A program made the translations under genes and the position numbers. Source: Nitrosopumilus sp. (lineage in GTDB: Archaea; Thermoproteota; Nitrososphaeria; Nitrososphaerales; Nitrosopumilaceae). From it: a stretch of 64,000 nt of DNA. Below the pieces are notes generated by a model. That model had not been told where the DNA came from. It searched no databases and was given only the letters and a program-made list of their open reading frames with translations. This document shows, piece by piece, positions 38,833 through 48,679 of this stretch (position 1 is its first letter; every line of letters begins with the position of its first letter). The DNA is taken from assembly GCA_965238275.1 (NCBI GenBank), contig OZ250186.1, positions 1,184,001 through 1,248,000 of the forward strand, written 5' to 3'.

Positions 38833-39891
38833 CTACATCTTTGGCCCCAGGCCGTTTGCAATCATCAGCGCGTCTACCAGCCCGTCTGCATACCCGATAC
38901 TCAGCACCGCCACCTCGTCGTGCCCGTCTGCCAGAAACTTTTCTGCGTCCCTGGCATACAGGTCCGCATTCTCCAGAACCTGCAGCGACTCCTGATCCTT
39001 GCAGTATGGCCTGACCTCCTCGATGGCCTCCCTGACCATCGGCACGTACTTTTCAAGCATCTGAACCGGTATCCTCTTCAGCCTGCCGGAGTTGTCAAGC
39101 GGTTCGTCGATGCACCTGCATGACGACTTTAGGGCGTCTGACTCTGTGAAGTGCATGCTTCCGGGAACAATTATTGCGTGTGGCGGCATGCCAAAGTCCG
39201 TCTTTTCAAGGCTGGATATCATGCCTGCAACGATCGACTGGTCTGCTGAGCCTATCCTTGATGCCACTATGCAGTATGTGGACGGCGTCATGACATTCCT
39301 TGCCTGGCCCTCCTCTGTCCTGATGAGCGCAGACAGCGCGTCCCCGGGATCCAGAAAAAAATCCCCGTCCTGGCTGTACTCCAAAAGGAGTATCGTGTGG
39401 TTTCCATGGATCATGTTCCTGTATGTCACATAGTATGGGGTTGTCAGGGACTTTGCCTCGTTCATGATGGTTGCAGGCCTTCCCATCTTGTAAAAATGCA
39501 GGCCGCACTCGCCAGTCATTGCAGTGACAGCAGATGATGCATGGATGCATCCTGTTCTTATGCCCTGCTCGGCTGCCCTTGTCCTCAGCTCCGTATGCGT
39601 TGTGGCTACAAAGGGATCCCCGTACGAGGCCAGAACCACCATGCCGTCTTTGGCATTCCTGAGGATCTCGCCGCCGTCCTCCACCTGCCATCTCTTGACG
39701 AGTTTGAACCGTCCTCCTCCTCCTCCTCCTCCTCCTCCTCCTGAGGCATCCCTGATCTTGGAAATCTCTGATTCTGCGACTGGACTGGTAAAATGCTCCA
39801 GATACACCATGTCTGCACTTGAGAGTATCCCCAGTGCCTCGTTTGGGATTGAGCCAAACCCGGATATCCCGAGGCCTACAAACCACAGCAT
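38833..39891 (-). CDS. dph5: Diphthine synthase with C-terminal DUF357-like extension
   Basis: MLWFVGLG, GDPFVATTH, GLHFYKMG, HTILLL; YADGLVDAL. Confidence 0.9.
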   Translation of the reverse strand: MLWFVGLGISGFGSIPNEALGILSSADMVYLEHFTSPVAESEISKIRDASGGGGGGGGGGRFKLVKRWQVEDGGEILRNAKDGMVVLASYGDPFVATTHTELRTRAAEQGIRTGCIHASSAVTAMTGECGLHFYKMGRPATIMNEAKSLTTPYYVTYRNMIHGNHTILLLEYSQDGDFFLDPGDALSALIRTEEGQARNVMTPSTYCIVASRIGSADQSIVAGMISSLEKTDFGMPPHAIIVPGSMHFTESDALKSSCRCIDEPLDNSGRLKRIPVQMLEKYVPMVREAIEEVRPYCKDQESLQVLENADLYARDAEKFLADGHDEVAVLSIGYADGLVDALMIANGLGPKM

Positions 39892-39919
39892 GCCCTGTCC
39901 TTCCGGCATGCGCCTGTCC

Positions 39920-41077
39920 TCATGCCTGTGATCCTTCCATGCCGGTACCCGTGCCCAGCCTGCCGGCTCTTTTGTCGTGAAGCCTCTTCAGGTTGTGCAG
40001 GGTGCTCTTGATGATCTCAATTCCCTTCAGATACTCGCTGACGGAGACCTTTTCGTTGATCGTGTGGGCCTCGTGGGGGTTGCCGGGCCCGTACGTGACA
40101 ACCGGGATGCCCCACCTGCTTCCAAGTATGTTCATGTCCCCGGTTCCAGTCTTTCTGATAAGCATGGGTCTGCCATTCCCGTTCTTCATAACACTGATGA
40201 TTAGTGCCCTGACCAGCGGCGAGTCGTGGGGCGCCTCAAACGGCTCGGTCTCGTCAAGTATGGAGTATATGGCATTGACGCCCCGCTCCACCTCTATTGT
40301 CCTTACCGTGGTCTCTATATCCTGCTCCACAGACTTGCAGTTCATGTCCACTGGAATCCTGATGTCAAAGGTTATCTCGCACTCCTTGGGGGTTACATTG
40401 TGACTGCTTCCGCCCCTTACCTGGGTCATGGTCGCAGTCAGAAGCATTCCGTTGGTCTTGCCTTCCTGGCCCCTCTCCAGTTTCTCCTTGAGCTTTTCTG
40501 CAAAGATCATCGACTCTGAGATTGCATTCTTTGAAAGCCACGGTGCGCCTGCATGCGAGCTGTCCTTGACGCTTATCCTGAGGTTGATTGCAAGCCTTCC
40601 CTTGTAGGCAATAGTGATCCTGTTGATCCCGCTTGGCTCCCCAAACATGGCATAGTCTATATCCATTCTCTTCTTGACAAGGTTCTTGACCCCCGTTGCG
40701 TTTCCCTCCTCGTCTACTGCGCCGACAAAGATTATGGTCCCGCACTCGTCCTGCACTGATGCTGCTGCAAGCAGCATGGCCATCAGGGGGGCCTTTGCAT
40801 CAGAGGCCCCGCGCCCGTAGAGATAGTCCCCGTCCCTTCTCACCTTGATCTTTCCGGGAACGACGTCCATGTGTCCGCAGAGGATGATCTTGGGGGAGCC
40901 GGAGCCCTTCTTTGCAACCACGTTGCCCACCTCGTCGATCACAGTATCCTTGAATCCAAGATCATCGCACATGTCTACAAGAAATTCGGCCAGCGGCTTC
41001 TCAGCCAGGGACGGCGTATAGAACCTGAGCGTCTTTTCAAGCATCTTTGTTGCAAATTCCGGCGTTATTCTTTCCAA
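39920..41077 (-). CDS. lysK: [LysW]-lysine/ornithine hydrolase (M20)
   Basis: GHMDVV, GRGASDAK, DEE, TGTGDMN, YGPG..AH. Confidence 0.9.
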   Translation of the reverse strand: MERITPEFATKMLEKTLRFYTPSLAEKPLAEFLVDMCDDLGFKDTVIDEVGNVVAKKGSGSPKIILCGHMDVVPGKIKVRRDGDYLYGRGASDAKAPLMAMLLAAASVQDECGTIIFVGAVDEEGNATGVKNLVKKRMDIDYAMFGEPSGINRITIAYKGRLAINLRISVKDSSHAGAPWLSKNAISESMIFAEKLKEKLERGQEGKTNGMLLTATMTQVRGGSSHNVTPKECEITFDIRIPVDMNCKSVEQDIETTVRTIEVERGVNAIYSILDETEPFEAPHDSPLVRALIISVMKNGNGRPMLIRKTGTGDMNILGSRWGIPVVTYGPGNPHEAHTINEKVSVSEYLKGIEIIKSTLHNLKRLHDKRAGRLGTGTGMEGSQA

Positions 41078-41083
41078 TCTGCC

Positions 41084-41926
41084 CTAACCCTGTCTTGCAT
41101 ACTCTAGCATGATGGATGGAATGTCCACTCCGCATACCCTTACCGTATTTTTGTACTCTGTCGTATTGTTTACCTCGTGCACTACAAGCCCGTGCTCCTC
41201 GCTCTCCATCAAATCCACGCCGACAATCTCCCCCTGCACCGCATCCTTTGCCTTGATGCACATCTCCTCAAGCTCCTGGGTGACCGGGCACGGTTCTGCA
41301 ATTCCGCCAAGCGCCATGTTGGTCTTCCAGTTTCCGTCGCCGGAGATCCTGTATATTGCAGCAACCACCCTGTCCCCGACTGTGATCGCCCTAATGTCCC
41401 TTGGGGGCCTCTTGACAAACTCTTCCATATAGTGAATCTGGTATATGGGATACATGCCCTCCCTGCCCTCGATGATCCCCTCTGCCGAGTCCCTGTCGTT
41501 GAGCTTTGAGATGAGCCTTCCCCAGCTGCCCACTGTGGGCTTGATGACCCTGGGAAAGCCTTCCGTCTCCAGTGCCTGCAGGGCCGCATCCTTGGAGAAC
41601 GCGACTGTTGCATCCGGGGTCGGAACGCCATTCTTCTTTAGCAGCATGTGGGTGAACAGCTTGTTCCCGGCCAGAATCCCCGTATTGAGGCAGTTGACCA
41701 CCCTGACTCCGAGACCCTCAAGGGCCGCAGTCGAGTGCAGATTCCTGTAGTAGCTCACGCACCTCTGAATAACGGTGCCGTACCCCTCAGGCTCACTTTC
41801 CAGATTCAGTGCAAGCTTTTTGCAATCTACCATCTCTATGTCGACATCGTCTCTCCTGCCGGCCTCCAGCAGGGCCTTCTCCTCCCAACGAATGGTGTCA
41901 TAAAGAATGGTTACCTTTGGACTCAC
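41084..41926 (-). CDS. lysX: Alpha-aminoadipate--LysW ligase (ATP-grasp)
   Basis: IRWEEKAL, RCVSYYR, KPTVGSWGR, WKTNMALGG, EVNNTTEY. Confidence 0.93.
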   Translation of the reverse strand: MSPKVTILYDTIRWEEKALLEAGRRDDVDIEMVDCKKLALNLESEPEGYGTVIQRCVSYYRNLHSTAALEGLGVRVVNCLNTGILAGNKLFTHMLLKKNGVPTPDATVAFSKDAALQALETEGFPRVIKPTVGSWGRLISKLNDRDSAEGIIEGREGMYPIYQIHYMEEFVKRPPRDIRAITVGDRVVAAIYRISGDGNWKTNMALGGIAEPCPVTQELEEMCIKAKDAVQGEIVGVDLMESEEHGLVVHEVNNTTEYKNTVRVCGVDIPSIMLEYARQG

Positions 41927-42090
41927 TGCCCCCAATCCTCGCCAACCGTCTGGGCAGGCTTGAAATCAAAGCTGTCTGAACCTTTCACCAGTTCGAAACT
42001 TGCGCCACATTCCGGACATGCTACAATCTCCCCCTGCACCGCGTCATCTGGAATCGGAATATTTGCATCACATTCTTCGCATTTTGACAT
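41923..42090 (-). CDS. lysW: LysW amino-group carrier (55 aa, missed by the ORF track)
   Basis: MSKCEECDA..GEIVACPECG..EDWGQ*; overlaps the lysX start. Confidence 0.92.
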   Translation of the reverse strand: MSKCEECDANIPIPDDAVQGEIVACPECGASFELVKGSDSFDFKPAQTVGEDWGQ

Positions 42091-42170
42091 GTCTCTTCCT
42101 TCATATCCTCTCTATTTATCGTTTACAAGACGCTTTTTTCGCCCTTTTATAGAAACTGGATCACAGGATC

Positions 42171-42464
42171 ATGACCACGCATTACGAGGTGCTGCGGCCG
42201 GTGGCCGGGGCCGATCTCGACGCCATTCCCTCCGTCGTGAAGGCGTTGAGGACGATCCCGGAAGACGGCATTATCGCGTTCAATATGTTCAAGGGCGTCA
42301 ACAAGAGCGCCGCGGTAAGGACTGTGGCGCACGCCTGCAAGGCCGGGATGCTCAGGAGGGTGTCGCCGTGTCTTTCATTCTGCCTAGTCGGTTCATGCCG
42401 CTCTGCCTCAGAGACGCGCTCTTTCTTCGGCTGGCTTCTTGAGAAGATCCATGTCCCAGATTAG
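42171..42464 (+). CDS. Hypothetical protein or fragment
   Basis: 97-aa ORF divergent from lysW. Confidence 0.35.
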   Translation: MTTHYEVLRPVAGADLDAIPSVVKALRTIPEDGIIAFNMFKGVNKSAAVRTVAHACKAGMLRRVSPCLSFCLVGSCRSASETRSFFGWLLEKIHVPD

Positions 42465-42551
42465 ATAACCCACCCATGTCAACATCCGTTCCCACCAGAC
42501 TGCGTCGATTCCAACCGTAGCGACGCGCAAAAATCCGCAGCGTTCCAAAAA

Positions 42552-42615
42552 GCCCAAAAAAACGCGAGATTTTTGGGCAAAAAATGCCAAAAAAACGAGA
42601 AGTTTTTGGGCAAAA
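42552..42615. repeat. Two 33-bp-period direct repeats, each an A/T-tract hairpin
   Basis: CCAAAAAAACG(C/A)GA..TTTTTGGGCAAAA at 42554 and 42587. Confidence 0.75.
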
Positions 42616-42930
42616 CCAGGCGCATGCCGCCTCCTTTTGCGCGGAACAGCGTTCGCTGTATGCCAATCTTGCGCGAGGAAACCCACGACGGGTTCCGCCG
42701 AGCCAATGACGATACCAGGCGTGCTTAAGATGTTTGAACGCGGCCCAAGAAAAATCCGCAAACAACCCCGAAATGGACAGTTTGGAAGGATCCTGGGAAT
42801 TGGTGAATTTGAGAAAACCAAATGGCCCCGCCTGCCAAGATGCAGTCCGCAATCAACGAGACGGACGCAAACGATTCCGCGTCCGGAATCTGTTGTTGGT
42901 GCCTTGACAATCCTTATGAATCCGTACCGC

Positions 42931-43500
42931 ATGCGAGCAGTGTTGAGCGAAGAAACACGCGAACGCCTGAAATGGATCAAAGACGAACATGAGAGAAAAG
43001 TAGCCGTCCTACTGGAAGACATAGGCCTTGATTTTGTAGATTATGACGTGAAAATTTTCGAACCGCCAAAGCCTGTAATAGGGGAGGTCGATCTCGTGTT
43101 CGAGTCAGGCAATACGCTGATTCTGGTGGAGGTGAGCGCTGGCAGGAACTCCATCAGCGATAAGCAGTGGGCCTTCTTCTCCAAATGGGCCAACGACCAA
43201 GCCATAAAGGCCTTGGTGGAAAAGATTGGCAAGCAATCGCATCCAATAACCCGGGTCCACTTCCATTTGAGGCCGCCCCCAAGCAACATGGGTGGGGCGG
43301 AAGCCGTGGGCGTGGCGAGGCCCGGCAGCAGAAACATGATATGCTACAAAGACGACTTCGATCGACTAACTGGCATGGTGGGACAAGACGGCGCTATGAG
43401 GGATGACTTCGTGCAGGCGCTGGCCGGCGATCCTGATTCCAGCAGAGACGCGCGTGGAAAACTCGGAATCAATATGGGGCTCGGCATGATTGATGTCTGA
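42931..43500 (+). CDS. PD-(D/E)XK-fold protein
   Basis: HE..VA..L, GEVDLVF..LILVEVS (catalytic Lys replaced by Ser). Confidence 0.6.
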   Translation: MRAVLSEETRERLKWIKDEHERKVAVLLEDIGLDFVDYDVKIFEPPKPVIGEVDLVFESGNTLILVEVSAGRNSISDKQWAFFSKWANDQAIKALVEKIGKQSHPITRVHFHLRPPPSNMGGAEAVGVARPGSRNMICYKDDFDRLTGMVGQDGAMRDDFVQALAGDPDSSRDARGKLGINMGLGMIDV

Positions 43501-43743
43501 TAAATTCTAGTGATCTGATCAACAAGGTCTACCACTAAGGTTCGGATGCGGCCATCTCATTTTTGAGCAACATTATTGGGTACATGACACTTTTGAACAC
43601 CGTGCCAAAATGCGGCGGGATCGAACCTGGAGAAGATCCAAAAAACACACTTTTGAACAGGAAACGTTAGAGATCACCTAAATTTACCAGAGCCCAAAAC
43701 CCACCAACCAATGTGTGCTAGATCACCTTGTTTGAACAGAGCC
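43497..43743. repeat. MITE-like element(s) of the dyad/TIR family
   Basis: Dyad 43497-43535; half sites 43671-43694 and 43720-43743; internal CACTTTTGAACA twice and CTGGAGAAGATCC. Confidence 0.75.
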
Positions 43744-43950
43744 GTCTTGTCGGTCCTGTCCACGATACTTTGACACGCTCTGGAGTTGTTCGTCATGCCG
43801 CATCTCGGGCGATTTTTTTGGTGGACATGAAGCCGTCTGTGACGTGCCTTATTGATCTGTTTGCGTTGAAAGTTTGCCTAAACGTGTCACGTTTGGTTCA
43901 TCTGTTTTTATAAAAACATTATATACACAACGTGTATACGGTATTACGTT

Positions 43951-45051
43951 ATGCTTGATATTGTGCTTGGTGGCGTCGTGGCCGCATTGACGGTGGTCTG
44001 CGTTTTGCTTTATGGAAAGAACACCAAACTAAAAACGCAATTGGATTTGGGCAATTCGCGGGAAGGCGTGTCGGACCGGTTCGAAGTGCTGGCATCTGAC
44101 GTGCTCAAGAAGAATGTGGAAGAATTCAAGACAAACACGGCAGATCCGATGGCAAAGTCGATGGAAAGCCTCCAAGCGACCATAACTACACTGAAGGAAC
44201 AAAACGCAAGCAACGCTGCTACGTTTCAGACCAGCATGGAGGCCATGAAGGATACCAACGAAAATCTGATGAAGGACACCAAGACGATTTCAGGCATACT
44301 GGGCAGCTCGCAGAAGCGCGGAAGGTTCGCCGAGGTAGGGCTGGAGCGCGTGTTCGAGATGTCGGGGCTTACGAAGGGCGTGAACTACTACATACAGCAA
44401 ACCGAGGACGGCAGGCGGCCTGACTTTGTAGTAAAGTTGTCCGAAGATCGACAAATAGCAATAGACTCAAAGGCGCCGTTGGACTCGCTGTGGAGGGCAC
44501 AGGAAGCCGAAGACGAGGCAACAAAGGCAGACGAGCTGGACAAGCATGCCAAATCCATCAGGGAACACGCCAAGAGCCTTTCCAAGAAAAAATACTCCGA
44601 GGGCGGTGGGATGATGGACTACGTGGTGATGGTGGTGCCTGAACACGCGCTGCTCCCGGCGCTGGACAGGGACGGCGGGCTTACAGAATACGCACTTGAG
44701 AACAACGTAGTGTTGGTGACGCCTGCCACCTTGATGGTAGTGCTCAACGCGGTAAACCTCATGTGGAAACAAGACGATATGGCCAAAGCCGTAAAGGTGA
44801 TAGGGAATCTTTCGACCGAGCTACATGCCAAACTGTCCAAGTTTGCGTCACACTACCAGAAGGTCGGGAAAGAACTGGACGGGGCAATCAGCGCTTACAA
44901 CTCAAGCGTGGGTTCTTGGGATCGCAGGCTGATGCCTGCCGTTGAAAAACTGGAAGACGCTGGCGCAAAAAGCGGGGACGTTCCTGCAATAGAAATAATA
45001 GACGGCAAGGCACGCGAATTGCTCCCGGTAAAAGAAGAGCGCGAGTCCTGA
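43951..45051 (+). CDS. rmuC: RmuC-family DNA recombination protein
   Basis: N-terminal TM, coiled coil, KRGRFAEVGLERV, RPDFVV, IDSKAPL, VMVVPE, VTPATL. Confidence 0.9.
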   Translation: MLDIVLGGVVAALTVVCVLLYGKNTKLKTQLDLGNSREGVSDRFEVLASDVLKKNVEEFKTNTADPMAKSMESLQATITTLKEQNASNAATFQTSMEAMKDTNENLMKDTKTISGILGSSQKRGRFAEVGLERVFEMSGLTKGVNYYIQQTEDGRRPDFVVKLSEDRQIAIDSKAPLDSLWRAQEAEDEATKADELDKHAKSIREHAKSLSKKKYSEGGGMMDYVVMVVPEHALLPALDRDGGLTEYALENNVVLVTPATLMVVLNAVNLMWKQDDMAKAVKVIGNLSTELHAKLSKFASHYQKVGKELDGAISAYNSSVGSWDRRLMPAVEKLEDAGAKSGDVPAIEIIDGKARELLPVKEERES

Positions 45052-45236
45052 AATCCAAAGCATGCATAAACCGACGTCGCAATCATTCATGCAATCCTAT
45101 CAATACGGGAACATGACCTGGGGGTTATTGAATTGGCGATCCAGCATGCAGAATGATGCGGTTTGATTACGAGAGTGGAATCATAACTGCACGGCATTTC
45201 ATGAGCCAGAATGTTGACATTCTCTGCGGTTCTTCA

Positions 45237-45393
45237 TGCTCTGGTAAGTTTTCATGATCTGACTACCAAAATTTACCAGAGCCACTTGGCAGTAAGCTCA
45301 CTTTCGAACAGTCGATTCCGCAAAATTCTGGAGAAGATCCGTATATCTCGCTTTCTAGCAGCAAATTCTCCAGATCACCACAATTGAAGAGCC
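45237..45393. repeat. MITE-like element of the dyad/TIR family
   Basis: Dyad 45241-45279; half site 45372-45393; CACTTTCGAACA and CTGGAGAAGATCC shared with the 43.5-kb copy. Confidence 0.75.
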
Positions 45394-45409
45394 ACAACGG
45401 GCAGATCTG

Positions 45410-45482
45410 AGACATGATTCGTAATTAGAATCCCGGGCGGTCCGATGACCAGAAAAGATCAAGTACTGCCATTTCCAGTCCA
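45410..45482 (+). mobile_element. Orphan left end of an IS related to 49764-50869
   Basis: AGACATGATTCGTAATT...GATGACCAGAAAAGATCAAGT...CCATTTCCAGTCC matches 49764-49837. Confidence 0.75.
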
Positions 45483-45560
45483 ATACCGTACTGCCCAAAG
45501 ATAAGAAATACTTTACATCCGTCTGATTCCCAGATTCTTTTGACGCATGCCATAGTTCCA

Positions 45561-46022
45561 TCAATCAAAACGGAAGCCTATTTTGTCCCGCAACATCGCC
45601 CTTTTCTCGATGCTCTCGTAGACGGCCTTCCTTACGTCGTCTTTATCCATGGCGACTTTGCCTGCAACGATGGCATTGGCCAGATCCACCAATTGGGCGT
45701 CGGAAAGTCCATGGTACTCGTAATGCGCCTCGTTGACGGCAGTGTCCGGCGTTGTCCCGTCATCTGATGGATCGGGAAGAAAAGGGAGTCCGGCTATGAT
45801 CGCGTATGTGATTGGCCCCAATTTTGTGCGGGGGGCGCAGACAGCGACAGCTATGCGTTTTGCAGGAAGACTTGTTGACGTGGCATACACGGATAAGCCA
45901 TCATCGGGTTTTCCTTTGAGAATCGCCACCATCCTTGAGTTGAGTTTGGCGTCAATTGTAACACAAGCGCCATACTCCCTTACAACTGACGGGGTTACCA
46001 CCAGCACAAACCCGTCGTTCAT
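45561..46022 (-). CDS. Hypothetical protein
   Basis: 153-aa ORF in a run of minus-strand ORFs. Confidence 0.55.
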   Translation of the reverse strand: MNDGFVLVVTPSVVREYGACVTIDAKLNSRMVAILKGKPDDGLSVYATSTSLPAKRIAVAVCAPRTKLGPITYAIIAGLPFLPDPSDDGTTPDTAVNEAHYEYHGLSDAQLVDLANAIVAGKVAMDKDDVRKAVYESIEKRAMLRDKIGFRFD

Positions 46023-46197
46023 TTTTCATTATTTGGAAACTACGGGAGCAATATTCCTGCTACTTGCTTCCAAGATAAACTCTACTATCGGCGGCGAATT
46101 GTTCTGTGGAGACATGTATTTGGTCAATGTAAGCAGCATCTTCGTATCTTCTGCGTTGCCAACATTTTTCTCAAGCTTTTTCGTCTCCCTTGGCAAG

Positions 46198-46674
46198 CTA
46201 GCCAACGGCATTTAGCAACGGCCCTGTGTCGATGTTGCGGAATTCCCCATTTATGGCAGCCTTGGACAGCCAGTTTGTCATTGCCTCCTTCACGGCTTCG
46301 TTGGATTCTGTCGCGTATGCGTCCCTTATTATGTCGTGCCGTTTCAGGTCGTGCAGGGCATCGACGGCCTCGTTGCGGACGATCCAACCCGGATGCGATT
46401 GCAGCACTCGTTGGAGTATCTCAACTCTCTTTTCCAAATGTTCCTGCTCGGAGTATCCGCAAAAATAGACCGCCCTGTAAACCGAATCAAACCCCTTAAA
46501 GCTGGGATCGAATATGCCCCCTTCGATGGCGTCAAGCGCGTCTGCCCCGTGTCTTGCTACCGCCCTTTCCAACTCTGCATAGAATGGATGGGCTGCATAA
46601 TCAAAACAATCATTGCAGACAATGCGTTTATGCTCGCCAAATAACCTAATTATGTTTTCCTTGACACTATCCAT
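46198..46674 (-). CDS. Hypothetical protein with a HEAT-like repeat
   Basis: HPGWIVRNEAVDAL..ATESNEAVKE. Confidence 0.55.
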   Translation of the reverse strand: MDSVKENIIRLFGEHKRIVCNDCFDYAAHPFYAELERAVARHGADALDAIEGGIFDPSFKGFDSVYRAVYFCGYSEQEHLEKRVEILQRVLQSHPGWIVRNEAVDALHDLKRHDIIRDAYATESNEAVKEAMTNWLSKAAINGEFRNIDTGPLLNAVG

Positions 46675-46707
46675 GTATTTTATTGATCATTCTTTCGATA
46701 TTTAAGT

Positions 46708-48491
46708 CAGTTAACGCAGAAGTAAGGCTTGCAGAATCCATGGCAGCCAGTAATCATGACCTTGAATGACCCTGCTGGTGTTCCTGCACGGCATCGTACG
46801 CAATCTGAATGTCCAAATTACATGCGTCCACTGCAGCATCCGCAGGATGGGAAAGACATCCTTTTCAGGGACAGATATCAGACGGTCCGACAGAATCTGT
46901 CCGGAAGACAGAACCGTTACGGCACGCGAGGACGCGGCAGGATTAATCCTGTTGGTTTCTAAAAAACCTGCACGGTCCCCGGATGATCATCGTGGCGTCC
47001 CGTCACGCAGCTACGGCGCACGTCAGGCGGCGGCTTTTGCCTGACCAGGTACCACGGAATGTTGTTTATCGGCCTGACCACCAGCACGTCGGTTTGCGTG
47101 ACTGCCCGGTATACGCGATCAGATTTCTGCAAACCCGAGGTCAGCCTGGCATTTGCGATTACCCACGTGTTGTACAGGATCAGGGTGTACAGGAAGCAAA
47201 GCGCCCGGACCGTCTCGTTCTTGCTGCGGGTTCTCGCCCTTTGCTTTTCTGCCATCCTGTAGCCTGTCTCTATCATCCACCTCCGGGCATAATAATCGAC
47301 GTTGATCCCCGGCATGTTCGTGGCAGAGGCAATGTATTTCTCCTCCGGCTTTTCGGGACTGCCCGTCTTTCTCTTTCTCTTGCGTTTTGTTATGATCATG
47401 GTGTACTCGGCATGATCGTGTTTGGATTTTGCTATGCGAAATCCCGATACTGCAAGGCGTCTCCCGCATGCAAACTCTTCGATGGCGCGCGTCACATTGG
47501 GGGTGTTGATGCAGGGCATGAGATACCTTGTGCCCATTCCGTCAAGTGTCCGGATCACGTCTGTTGAAAAGAACTCGCGGTCAAGCATGGCGACGCCTAT
47601 TCTGACCTTCTTTTCCAGGCACGCATCGACGGCCTTGCGCACGAAATCGGCAGTATCAGTCAGGGCAGGCATGGGAAACGCCCCCAGGGTCAGCTGGATC
47701 CTCCGGGTCACGCACTGTACCGTGATGCATCGCTCAAAGAGATGCGTTCCCCTTTTGGCCCTTGATCTTACAAGCTCTGCGCCGTGTTTGTGGTCCCAGC
47801 GCGGTATCAGGTGCATGTCAATGGCAACATTCATCCTCCTGTGGCCAAGCATGCCCAGATCCTCAAGCTGGCTTACCTGTGAGGATACCATTTCATTAAA
47901 TGACCGCATCAGGCTTTTCGAATCAACCCGGGAGCAAATGTCGCGCATCCACTCGCTGCACGGGGCGCGCCTGTGGGATCTGCCAAGCCCCCGCACGGCA
48001 GTCACCATCCTGCGCACGGCCGCAGCGTACCCCCCGATCGATATCCCGAGCACGGCTGCCATTGCCATGATTCTGTGAAAATCATCCGTCCCGTACGCCG
48101 CGTTGGGCCTTTTGGAGACTGGAAGGCTTGAATCAAACACGCGGGCCGCATCAGACGTCGTATCCTGGCGAACCCGGGGGTTGTTTTGCAGGGAGCGCTG
48201 CAGGTGGCCTGTCATGTCAGTCACTGCAGATACCACCCGGCAGGCACCGTGAAATGCCAATGTGCGTTCAAATGCTTAAATTCCAATTCCGCAAAGGCAT
48301 GCTGATGCGTGAGTCTGTCTATGTTGGTGCATTGACAGATTTTCACCATCAATTCTTTTAAGCAGCAGGCTCCCCGTATGTTGACTGCCTAAGCCTTGTC
48401 TGGGCGAGTTTATTTTCATATTTGCTGTAACGTGCCGCAAGACACTCCCAGATCATTGTATCTTAGTCAGGTCTTACTTCTGCGTTAACTG
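46708..48491 (-). mobile_element. ISH3/IS4-family element
   Basis: Perfect 19-bp TIR CAGTTAACGCAGAAGTAAG; no TSD visible. Confidence 0.88.
46959..48260 (-). CDS. ISH3-like DDE transposase
   Basis: AIDMH, LDREFF, YARRWMIETGYR, LYNTW. Confidence 0.88.
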   Translation of the reverse strand: MAFHGACRVVSAVTDMTGHLQRSLQNNPRVRQDTTSDAARVFDSSLPVSKRPNAAYGTDDFHRIMAMAAVLGISIGGYAAAVRRMVTAVRGLGRSHRRAPCSEWMRDICSRVDSKSLMRSFNEMVSSQVSQLEDLGMLGHRRMNVAIDMHLIPRWDHKHGAELVRSRAKRGTHLFERCITVQCVTRRIQLTLGAFPMPALTDTADFVRKAVDACLEKKVRIGVAMLDREFFSTDVIRTLDGMGTRYLMPCINTPNVTRAIEEFACGRRLAVSGFRIAKSKHDHAEYTMIITKRKRKRKTGSPEKPEEKYIASATNMPGINVDYYARRWMIETGYRMAEKQRARTRSKNETVRALCFLYTLILYNTWVIANARLTSGLQKSDRVYRAVTQTDVLVVRPINNIPWYLVRQKPPPDVRRSCVTGRHDDHPGTVQVF

Positions 48492-48679
48492 ATAATACAG
48501 CCACGCTACCGTATAATGCTGTCCACACCCTCATCCAAAATGCACACAAGTCCAAAGATCATTAGCATTATGCACCCGAAAAGTTTTGGAATACAGATCC
48601 CTTCCACAACCAATGAATTTCAACAGTTGCCGGGATCCCGTATGAGTAGTTCGCCCCCTCCAAGCCCTCCTTGACTTGG

